From Clostridia bacterium (lineage in GTDB: Bacteria > Bacillota > Clostridia > Oscillospirales > CAG-272): DNA of 33,149 nucleotides. Position numbers and translations under genes: made by a program. How positions within the stretch are numbered: position 1 is the first letter of the stretch; every line of letters begins with the position of its first letter. Positions 17,201 through 24,579 of this stretch are shown here, in pieces. Under the pieces are notes generated by a model. The model was given only the letters and a program-made list of their open reading frames with translations. It was not told the origin of the DNA and searched no databases. The stretch is taken from NCBI GenBank assembly GCA_017456965.1, contig JAFTIJ010000093.1, forward strand, positions 1 to 33,149. The letters run 5' to 3'.

Positions 17201-17782
17201 TCAGAGATAGATTTCGATGCGCTTACGGCTCTTTCGGTCGAGCGTATCCACGTCCTCGATCACGAAGCGGTTACCGTCCACGTCGAAGAAAAAGAGCTTA
17301 TTCTCCCCTGCGCGCACGATACTCTTGAAGGTATCCTGCAGGGTAAAGGTCAATCTGCCGCCCGAGGTCTCTACGTCCCAGTAGGAGAAGCCGAAGCGGT
17401 CCTTGACGGAGAGGATCCTTGAGATCGCGGGAGAGTAATATTTGCGCTCCAGCTCGCGGACGAGAAGCGCCTTCATTTCTTCATCGAAGAGTGCGACGTC
17501 GCGGATGGTCGCAAGCTCATAGTTGCTCATATCGAGCACGGATATGTACTCCCAAAGGAAGGTAAACGGGAAGTTTCTGTGCAGATTCACACGCACAGGC
17601 TCCGCGTCCTTGGGGCACTGCATATAAAGGAAGCCGTTTTTCATGGAGAAGGTCGCGTTCTCCGCGCTGATCGCGGGCGCGTTGGGGTTCTCTCTGGAGC
17701 CTTTTCTCTTACCTTCGCCGGGGCCGCCGGGGCCGCCCATTCCTCGCGGTCCGCCGGGACCGCCCATCATTCTCGGTGCCAT
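17201..17782 (-). CDS. DUF1854-family protein with Gly/Pro-rich N-terminus
   Basis: R.FPF....EYISV.D, EL..I.D...D, L..EL.R.Y..P.I.RI.SV, W.VET..G...F and D.DGNRF.I.D...LD.KS pattern; flanked by ABC transporters. RBS AGGAG. Confidence 0.85.
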   Translation of the reverse strand: MAPRMMGGPGGPRGMGGPGGPGEGKRKGSRENPNAPAISAENATFSMKNGFLYMQCPKDAEPVRVNLHRNFPFTFLWEYISVLDMSNYELATIRDVALFDEEMKALLVRELERKYYSPAISRILSVKDRFGFSYWDVETSGGRLTFTLQDTFKSIVRAGENKLFFFDVDGNRFVIEDVDTLDRKSRKRIEIYL

Positions 17783-17815
17783 AGTATTTCCTCCTGTTCG
17801 TTCACGTTCGTATCG

Positions 17816-20083
17816 TTACTCTGCAATGCCGGCGTTCTTGAGCGCCTCGATCTGCAGGCTGTAAAGTCTGTGGTAAACACCCTCTGCCGCCATCAGCTCC
17901 TCGTGCGTGCCGCTCTCAGCGACCTTGCCGCCCTCGATGACGATCAGCTTATCCGCATCGCGCAGAGTCGAGAGTCTGTGCGCGATCATAATGGTGGTCT
18001 TGCCCTTGACGAGCTCCGTGAGCGCCGTCTGGATCTTGCGCTCGGTCTCGGTATCCATGGCCGCCGTCGCCTCGTCGAGGATCAGGATCCTCGGGTTGCG
18101 CAAAATCGCGCGCGCAATGGAGAGGCGCTGACGCTCACCGCCGGAGAGATCCTTGTAGCCGAAGCCGATCTTGGTCTCGTACGCGTCGGGGAGCTTCACG
18201 ATAAAGTCGTGCGCGCCCGCGGCCTTTGCCGCCTCAATGACGGCCTCGTAGCTTGCGTCGGGGCAGGCGTAGCGGATATTCTCAAGGATCGTACCCATAA
18301 AGAGGTAGGTCTCCTGAGATACGACGGCGATATTGCGATGGAGGTCCTCAAAGGAGAGCTTCTTGACATCCATGCCGTCGATGGTGATCACACCGCTCTC
18401 GGGATCGTACAGACGGATCAAGAGATTGGCAAGCGTGCTCTTGCCCGCGCCCGTGTGACCGACGATGCCGAGGGTCTGTCCCGCCTCGATATCGAAGCTG
18501 ACGCGGTCAATGACGCGGTGATTCTTGATGTAGGAGAAGGTGACGTCGTCAAAGCGGACGTGACCGTCAAAGCTATCGACGCGGATGGGGTTCTCCGCCT
18601 CGCGCACCTCAGTCTGGGAGTCCATGATCTCAAAGAGTCTCTGCAGAGAGTTTGAGCAGTCTGCCGTGATATCCGACATCTCGCTGAAGAACTGCAGGGG
18701 CGCGTAGATCATGCCGATGTACGCGATGAAGAGCGTCAGCGACGGGTAATCGAGCTGACCCTTGATAACAAGCCAGCCGCCAAGGCCCAACGTGACGAGA
18801 TTGCCGATCGAGTGGAGCAGAAAGCCCGAGATCGGAGAGATAAACGTATTGAAGATACCGCGGCGCACGTCAGCGTCGGCAAGACGCGCGGAACGGATAT
18901 TGAAGCGACCGATCTCCTCGTTCTCCTTGGAGAACGCCTTGACCACGCGCATACCCGAGAGCTCGTCGGAGAGGAACGAGGTCATGGCACGCTGGCTGGA
19001 GAAGCGGCGTGCGTGGAGCTTACGGTTCTTGGCAAAGCTCAGTCTCATGACCGTGAGCGACACGGGGATAACGAGCAGAGCACAGAGTGCAAGCCACGGA
19101 TTGATCAAGAAAAGCAATACGACCAGCACGACGACCTTGGCAACGTTGACAAGGAAGTGCGGCAGGATATTGCAGAAGAAGTCGTAGATGGTATTGGCGT
19201 CGTTGTTGACCTGCGTCATCAAGCCACCCGTCTGACGGCTCGTGAAGAAGCCGAGCGAGAGACGCTCGATCGCGCCGAAGATCGTTTTCTTCAGATCGAA
19301 GTTGACCTTGGCGGCAATGATAGAGGTCATATAGTTGTTGACGATCGTCGCACCCATCGTCAAGAGCTTGGTCGCAAGGATCATCATGAGCACGCGGATG
19401 ACCATGCCGTAGTAGGGGCTGGCGGTATCCGTCAGTACGTTTTTGATGAAGAAGCGCGACGAGAGATTTGCCGCCCAGATGCTGAGCGCCGTCATGCCGA
19501 TAAGCGACAGCAAGGACAAAACGAGATAGAGCTTGTAATTTAAGAAGAAGCTTGCGATACGCGTAAAGAGCTTGCCCTTCTCCATGCAACGCGGGCAGAT
19601 CTTACGGTTTTTCTCGGGGTAACGCTGACCGCACTTGGGGCAGTGGTTCGACTTGGGATCATCGTCGGGATCGACCGTAACGGCGCCCGTCCTCTTGATC
19701 TGACCGAGATATTTCTGGAAGACGATCATGGACGTACGGCAGAAGTTCGTCATCGCCGTGATGAAAACGGGCTCTCCCTCGTCGTTCACGGCAGTAAAGC
19801 GCGCACTGGAGAGCAGCTCCTCGATGCGGAAGCGGTCGAGCTTCGCAAGAGAATATACCCTGTAGTCGTGCTCCGTCCACGGGGACGCCCCGCCACCTTC
19901 TGCGGACGCAAACGTACCCGTCAGGACCGCAAGCTCCGTTGCCGTCGCAAACAGAAAGACGCTCGCGGGGGCATGATCGCGATCGCGGTCACATTTTGCC
20001 GCAAGGAGAATCTCATCCTCACGGACGCCCTTGGCATCCATGAGAGCATAGACCTCGCGCGGTATTTTATCAATTTCAAACAA
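17816..20083 (-). CDS. Type IV ABC exporter half-transporter with ~170-aa N-terminal extension and Zn ribbon
   Basis: GHTGAGKST, LSGGERQR, ILILDEAT, IAHRLSTL and CPKC..CPRC. TTG start after AAGGAGG. Confidence 0.93.
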   Translation of the reverse strand: MFEIDKIPREVYALMDAKGVREDEILLAAKCDRDRDHAPASVFLFATATELAVLTGTFASAEGGGASPWTEHDYRVYSLAKLDRFRIEELLSSARFTAVNDEGEPVFITAMTNFCRTSMIVFQKYLGQIKRTGAVTVDPDDDPKSNHCPKCGQRYPEKNRKICPRCMEKGKLFTRIASFFLNYKLYLVLSLLSLIGMTALSIWAANLSSRFFIKNVLTDTASPYYGMVIRVLMMILATKLLTMGATIVNNYMTSIIAAKVNFDLKKTIFGAIERLSLGFFTSRQTGGLMTQVNNDANTIYDFFCNILPHFLVNVAKVVVLVVLLFLINPWLALCALLVIPVSLTVMRLSFAKNRKLHARRFSSQRAMTSFLSDELSGMRVVKAFSKENEEIGRFNIRSARLADADVRRGIFNTFISPISGFLLHSIGNLVTLGLGGWLVIKGQLDYPSLTLFIAYIGMIYAPLQFFSEMSDITADCSNSLQRLFEIMDSQTEVREAENPIRVDSFDGHVRFDDVTFSYIKNHRVIDRVSFDIEAGQTLGIVGHTGAGKSTLANLLIRLYDPESGVITIDGMDVKKLSFEDLHRNIAVVSQETYLFMGTILENIRYACPDASYEAVIEAAKAAGAHDFIVKLPDAYETKIGFGYKDLSGGERQRLSIARAILRNPRILILDEATAAMDTETERKIQTALTELVKGKTTIMIAHRLSTLRDADKLIVIEGGKVAESGTHEELMAAEGVYHRLYSLQIEALKNAGIAE

Positions 20084-20120
20084 TGCAGAATGCCTCCTTT
20101 ACCTGCCAATTCTATTTAAA

Positions 20121-20149
20121 ATTATACCATACGGAAAAAATGGTGTCAA
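20121..20149 (-). promoter_or_regulatory. Consensus sigma-A promoter of the ABC-DUF1854-ABC operon
   Basis: TTGACA-17 bp-TATAAT with TG extension. Confidence 0.85.
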
Positions 20150-20150
20150 C

Positions 20151-20180
20151 AAAAAAAGGAGAACCGCGACGCAATTCTCC
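20151..20180 (-). terminator. Intrinsic terminator immediately upstream of the ABC promoter
   Basis: The minus strand reads GGAGAAUUGC-GUC-GCGGUUCUCC-UUUUUUU (two G-U pairs). Confidence 0.7.
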
Positions 20181-20203
20181 ATTGACAAGTTTTTTCAAAA
20201 AAC

Positions 20204-20412
20204 AAAGCGGGCTGTGCCCGCATCCCCCGGCTCGCCTACCGTGGCTTTCCGTGCAGACAAGCACGGCATAACGGCGAGGTCGATTCTGAGCAATTTCCTA
20301 TGGTATAAAAAAGCGGGCTGTGCCCGCGGCCCCCGGCTCGCCTATCGTAGCTTGCCTTGTAGACAAGCACGGCATAACGGCGAGGTCTGGTTTGCGCAAT
20401 TTCCTATAGGTC
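20204..20412 (-). repeat. Repeat family C: tandem copies 4 and 5 (cores 20207-20301 and 20313-20407)
   Basis: 106-bp period; ungapped alignment to copies 1-3. Confidence 0.95.
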
Positions 20413-20446
20413 AAAAAAAGGACAGAGAATGGAAATTCTCTGTCCT
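20413..20446 (-). terminator. Intrinsic terminator of the LRR lipoprotein gene
   Basis: 12-bp IR aggacagagaat/attctctgtcct followed by a T-run on the minus strand. Confidence 0.85.
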
Positions 20447-20463
20447 CGTTTTGACAATCGGTA

Positions 20464-21192
20464 TCAGTTGTAGTTAATGACGAGATCCTCAGAGCAGCCG
20501 CTGAAAATGTTGTCAACCTGATCTGCAAAGCGTGCAGGGAGGGTTACGGTCTTCAGCGCGGTGCAGTTGGCAAACGCGTAGTTACCGATCTCGGTAACGG
20601 TGGAGGGGATCACGATCTCGGTGATCGCGTCGCAATGCCAGAATGCCATTCTGCCGATGGTGGTCAGACCCTCGGGCAGAGAAACGGACTGCAGATTGGT
20701 GCACTGAGCAAATGCCGTGTTGCCGATCTTAACAACGCCCGTGGGAATCGTGAGCGTCTCGATCTCGTTCTGGAAGCTGATAACGCCCTGACCTACGCCA
20801 ACCTGGATAACGGGGTAGGTAGCAACGGCGCCGGTGGTCTTGTCCTTAACGACGTACTCGGGCTCGATGACGAGATCGGCAGCCTTAGAGTCGTTCTTCC
20901 AGCCGTGAACGGCAAAGCCGAGGATTTCGTTATTCTCACCGCGAAGGATCTTGCAGTAATAGCCGTAATCGATGTTGTCAACCATGTCGCCGTCAAAGAA
21001 AACGAGAGCCTGCTTCTCGGTAGTGGTCTCTACGATAGCAGCGGTCGTGGTGGTGGTAACCTCACCGCCCGTGGTCGTAACGGCGGGATTCTGGTTATCG
21101 GTGGTCGTGGTGGCGGGGGTGTCCTCGTTACAAGCGGTAAAAACAAGTGTCGTCATGCCAAGTGCGAGAACGGTAGCAAGTACTTTTTTCAT
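20464..21192 (-). CDS. Surface lipoprotein with Thr-rich linker and BspA/TpLRR-type leucine-rich repeats
   Basis: MKK+hydrophobic+VFTAC lipobox, TTTTT linker, and 23-aa repeats (LQSVSLPEGLTTIGRMAFWHC, ITEIVIPSTVTEIGNYAFANC). Confidence 0.9.
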   Translation of the reverse strand: MKKVLATVLALGMTTLVFTACNEDTPATTTTDNQNPAVTTTGGEVTTTTTAAIVETTTEKQALVFFDGDMVDNIDYGYYCKILRGENNEILGFAVHGWKNDSKAADLVIEPEYVVKDKTTGAVATYPVIQVGVGQGVISFQNEIETLTIPTGVVKIGNTAFAQCTNLQSVSLPEGLTTIGRMAFWHCDAITEIVIPSTVTEIGNYAFANCTALKTVTLPARFADQVDNIFSGCSEDLVINYN

Positions 21193-21299
21193 AATAAAAC
21201 TCCAATCATAATAATAAAAATATGGTCGGGTTTGCGAAACCAACGCAAATGACCGAGTGGACGAGACGGATGAACGCCTCCTCGACGCATCCGGTTGCA

Positions 21300-21328
21300 G
21301 AATAAATCCGTAAATTCATGCATACAAT
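21300..21328 (+). promoter_or_regulatory. Sigma-E-like promoter of ytvI
   Basis: GAATAAA-14 bp-CATACAAT; ytvI belongs to the sigma-E regulon in B. subtilis. Confidence 0.7.
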
Positions 21329-21330
21329 AC

Positions 21331-21359
21331 ATTATATCATGCAGTTCAATATTTGTCAA
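21331..21359 (-). promoter_or_regulatory. Consensus sigma-A promoter of the LRR lipoprotein
   Basis: TTGACA-17 bp-TATAAT with TG extension. Confidence 0.85.
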
Positions 21360-21397
21360 GACATACAAAACCTTTTTCGTAAAAAAACGGAGGAACC

Positions 21398-22510
21398 ATG
21401 CGTTTTTTCATGAAAGGCGGGGCGAAGCCGTCACAGATGCTGATCCGCATCCCGATCATCGCCGTCGTGTCTCTTCTCGCCGCACGTTTTTTGCTCCCCG
21501 CCCTCTTTCCCTTCCTCATCGCGCTTGCCATCGCCGCGCTTTTGCGCCGCCCGACGCTTGCCGTCGCGAAGCGGACGCGCGCACCGCGACGCCTTGTTGC
21601 CGCGCTGACGGCGGTGCTCGCGGCGTCTCTGCTCTTTACCGCGATCGCCGCCGTCGTCCGCATCCTCTTGCACGAGCTCGGGGATCTCGCGCAAAGGGTG
21701 CTCAGCGGAGAGAACGCCCTGATCGAGAATCTCGGGCGGCTCATCCGACGCGTGTGCGAGCTCCTTTCACGCATTCCGCTCCTCGGTGACACAGAGGAGA
21801 TCCGCACGCTCGTCTCGGATACGCTCGTCGATGCCGTGAAGAGCACGGTCGCCGCCATCGGGGCGGGACTGCCCGAGGTCGCCGCGCGCCTGGCCGCCGC
21901 CGTGCCGCAGGCGCTCGTCTTCTGCACCGTAACGCTGATCTCCTGCGTCTATCTCTGTATGGACTACGACAGCGTCGTGATCCCCGCAAAAAAGAAGCTC
22001 GGTGCACGCCTTACGTGGATCGCGCCGCCGTATCGGGACGCCGTCAAAAAGACGCTCTCGGGCTTTCTCCGCTCGCTCTCTCTGCTCTTTTTCCTCACCT
22101 TTTTCATGCTCCTTACGGGCTTTCTCATTTTAAGAGAGCCTTATGCGCTTTTGCTTGCACTGCTTACCGCATTGATCGACAGTCTGCCTGTATTCGGTAT
22201 CGGCGCCGTTCTTTTGCCAATGTCGCTTTACCGATTTTTTATCGGCAACACGCAGGCCGCCGTCGGTCTCTGCATTCTCTTTGCGCTTGTCACCGTCATC
22301 CGTCAGCTCCTGGAGCCAAGGCTACTCGGCGCAAGGCTCGGATTGCATCCGCTCCTGACGCTGATCGCGACGTACGCGGGGCTGAAGCTTTTCGGCATCG
22401 CAGGCATGATCCTCCTACCGCCCACCGTCGTCATTGCCAAGAATATTCTGGAGATCGCACGCGCCAAGGAGCGCGTACCGTCATCTCACGATACCAAAGG
22501 AACCCCATGA
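21398..22510 (+). CDS. ytvI: Sporulation integral membrane protein YtvI (AI-2E family)
   Basis: PFLIAL.IA, D.LPVFGIGAVLLP, IRQLLEPRLLG..LGLHPLLTL and G.KLFGIAGMI. RBS GGAGG. Confidence 0.92.
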   Translation: MRFFMKGGAKPSQMLIRIPIIAVVSLLAARFLLPALFPFLIALAIAALLRRPTLAVAKRTRAPRRLVAALTAVLAASLLFTAIAAVVRILLHELGDLAQRVLSGENALIENLGRLIRRVCELLSRIPLLGDTEEIRTLVSDTLVDAVKSTVAAIGAGLPEVAARLAAAVPQALVFCTVTLISCVYLCMDYDSVVIPAKKKLGARLTWIAPPYRDAVKKTLSGFLRSLSLLFFLTFFMLLTGFLILREPYALLLALLTALIDSLPVFGIGAVLLPMSLYRFFIGNTQAAVGLCILFALVTVIRQLLEPRLLGARLGLHPLLTLIATYAGLKLFGIAGMILLPPTVVIAKNILEIARAKERVPSSHDTKGTP

Positions 22511-23094
22511 ACCCAAAGCATCTGCGTCTCCCGCGTCTCGGCGTCCATCCGTTTGCCGCCGCGGGGCTGTTTTTTCTCTTTTGTGCGACGCCGCGTGCGT
22601 ATGCCTTTGCCGTCCTCTCCTCCGTGATCCTGCACGAGGCGGGGCATCTTATCGCGTCGCTTCTCTTCGGCAGAGCACCGCAGAGCATCCGTCTGATGCC
22701 CGCGGGGATCAGCATCACCCTCCCACCGCCGCGCTCCTACAAGGAGGAGCTGACCGTCGCTGCCGCAGGTCCCGCCGTCAGCCTCCTCTGGTACGCCGTG
22801 ACGCGATATCTCCCGTCTGTGGCAAGCGAAGAGACAGCGGGGATCACGCTGATCCTCGCCGTTTTGAATCTGCTCCCGATCACGGGCTTTGATGGGGGCA
22901 GGATCTGCCACGCCCTGATATCCTTTACGGCATCCGAGGCGCTTGCCGACCGTCTGCTTGCAACGACGACCGCCCTCTCGCTCTCGGTGCTCTGGACGCT
23001 CTCACTCTACGTTCTCTTCTACAGCGGCGTCAACGTCGCTCTGCTTTTCTTCTGTGCCTGTCTTTTTTTCGCTCTCATTGCAAAAAAACTGTAA
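22507..23094 (+). CDS. M50 intramembrane metalloprotease (SpoIVFB-like, no CBS domain)
   Basis: HEAGH, AAAGP and NLLPITGFDGG motifs; ATGA overlap with the ytvI stop. Confidence 0.85.
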   Translation: MNPKHLRLPRLGVHPFAAAGLFFLFCATPRAYAFAVLSSVILHEAGHLIASLLFGRAPQSIRLMPAGISITLPPPRSYKEELTVAAAGPAVSLLWYAVTRYLPSVASEETAGITLILAVLNLLPITGFDGGRICHALISFTASEALADRLLATTTALSLSVLWTLSLYVLFYSGVNVALLFFCACLFFALIAKKL

Positions 23095-23100
23095 AAGGGC

Positions 23101-23129
23101 TTGCCTTGTCTCTCGGAATATGCTAAAAT
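23101..23129 (+). promoter_or_regulatory. Sigma-A promoter of the cyclophilin gene
   Basis: TTGCCT-17 bp-TAAAAT with TG extension. Confidence 0.65.
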
Positions 23130-23169
23130 AGGATGGCAATATTTTTGAAAAGAAAGAAGGAAACCACCA

Positions 23170-23655
23170 ATGACCAAAGCCATCATCGAAATGGAAAACG
23201 GCGGCACCATGACGCTGGAGCTCTATCCCGAGACCGCGCCCATCACCGTCGATAACTTTGTGAAGCTCGCCAAGAAGGGCTTCTATAACGGACTGATCTT
23301 CCACCGCGTCATCGCGGGCTTTATGATCCAGGGCGGCGACCCGACGGGTACGGGTATGGGCGGCCCCGGCTATCAGATCAAGGGTGAATTCGCCGCAAAC
23401 AACGTCAAAAACCCTCTGAAGCACACGCGCGGCGTGATCTCCATGGCACGCTCCATGATGCCCGACTCCGCAGGCTCTCAGTTCTTCATCATGCATCGGG
23501 ATGCTCCCCACCTTGACGGTCAGTACGCCGCCTTCGGCAAGCTCACCGACGGCTTCGACGTTCTCGACCGCATCGCAGGCGTACGCACCAACTTCAGAAA
23601 CGACAAGCCTCTGACCGAGCAGAAAATGAAATCCGTCACCATCGTCGAGGACTAA
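23170..23655 (+). CDS. ppiB: Cyclophilin-type peptidyl-prolyl isomerase
   Basis: FHRVIAGFMIQGGDP, ISMARS, SAGSQFFI and HLDGQYAAFG. Confidence 0.95.
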   Translation: MTKAIIEMENGGTMTLELYPETAPITVDNFVKLAKKGFYNGLIFHRVIAGFMIQGGDPTGTGMGGPGYQIKGEFAANNVKNPLKHTRGVISMARSMMPDSAGSQFFIMHRDAPHLDGQYAAFGKLTDGFDVLDRIAGVRTNFRNDKPLTEQKMKSVTIVED

Positions 23656-23743
23656 TGCGGGCAGTGCCCGCCTACCGTAGCACTCCGCATATCGGGACGC
23701 GGCAAAACGGCAAAGACGGGATATGCAATCGCCCAACAACATG

Positions 23744-23782
23744 AAAAATCGCGACAGCCATATTCGCTGTCGCGATTTTTTT
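23744..23782. terminator. Bidirectional terminator between convergent genes
   Basis: 15-bp IR aaaaatcgcgacagc/gctgtcgcgattttt. Confidence 0.8.
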
Positions 23783-23853
23783 CTGAGAGGAGACTACCCG
23801 ATGCCCCCGCCGTCTCACCGTGTCCGGGGAAACGCCAATTCATTGCGATACCC

Positions 23854-23875
23854 GTAGGAGCAAACTGCATTCGCC
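23854..23875 (+). repeat. Degenerate GTAG-type REP
   Basis: gtaggagcaaactgcattcgcc: a GTAG tetranucleotide plus an imperfect palindrome; single copy in the window. Confidence 0.35.
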
Positions 23876-23878
23876 TGC

Positions 23879-24406
23879 CTACGACGGAGATTTGATGAAA
23901 TCATCGGTTCCTCGGGACGGGCATTCCGACAGGAATCGCTCCGCCTCTGCCCTGTCATGCAGGATCACGATCTCTCGCCCCTCGCCGTACGCCGAGAGGA
24001 GCGCAAGGATGCGCGGGCGCACCGTATCCGAAAAGGTGCGGATATACGAGAGAAACTCCTCGTCGTCCTCCGTTTCGATCCACGGCATATCCTCGCGCAC
24101 ACGCCCGCGGCGTGCGTAGATCCCCGCAAGGCAGACGTCCGTCCCGTAGTCGAGGAGGATCACGGTATCGCACGCCTCCATGCGCATCGGCATGGTCGAG
24201 ATATAGTTGCCGTCAAGGATCCAGCGCTCCCGCGCCGTCACCTCCGCAAGCCTCTCGCGAAAGATAGCGGAGCCGACCATCGTCTTGTCCGCGTTCCAAT
24301 ACATCCTGTCTAAATAGTAGAGCGGCAGACCCGTTTTCTCCCGAAGTGCGCGGGCAAACGTGCTTTTCCCCGCCCCGGGACAGCCGATCACGATCACTTT
24401 TTGCAT
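23879..24406 (-). CDS. P-loop adenylate-kinase-like / topology modulation (FlaR-like) protein
   Basis: IVIGCPGAGKST, LD..YW and WILDGNY. RBS AAGGAG. Confidence 0.88.
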   Translation of the reverse strand: MQKVIVIGCPGAGKSTFARALREKTGLPLYYLDRMYWNADKTMVGSAIFRERLAEVTARERWILDGNYISTMPMRMEACDTVILLDYGTDVCLAGIYARRGRVREDMPWIETEDDEEFLSYIRTFSDTVRPRILALLSAYGEGREIVILHDRAEAERFLSECPSRGTDDFIKSPS

Positions 24407-24497
24407 CGTATGCTCCTTTCTTGTCACTATGATTCCAAATTATATCATAAAACACGCACAAATATAAGAAAAAAACAAAAAATTTTGCAAAAAGGCA

Positions 24498-24526
24498 TTC
24501 ATTTTTTGTGATTTTTCCTATATAAT
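24498..24526 (+). promoter_or_regulatory. Possible sigma-A promoter of the glpK cluster
   Basis: TTCATT-17 bp-TATAAT with an A-rich upstream tract; a second TATAAT lies at 24532. Confidence 0.5.
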
Positions 24527-24579
24527 AGTATTATAATAGGAGTAAAATCCAATTTCTCGTCCATACGGAGGACAAGCTC

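Noticed and set aside
20204-20412. Repeat C as tandem riboswitches for the downstream genes
   Set aside because: At all three loci the repeat lies upstream of the downstream gene's own predicted promoter and directly after an upstream terminator or hairpin, so it is not in those 5' UTRs. The downstream genes are also functionally unrelated.
22015-22506. 164-aa N-terminal extension of the M50 peptidase ORF
   Set aside because: It overlaps ytvI in another frame; the ATG at 22507 coupled to the ytvI stop is the plausible start.
23656-23878. Small ORF or sRNA between ppiB and the kinase-like gene
   Set aside because: The ORFs lack an RBS and motifs; the region is explained by a bidirectional terminator and a degenerate GTAG REP.
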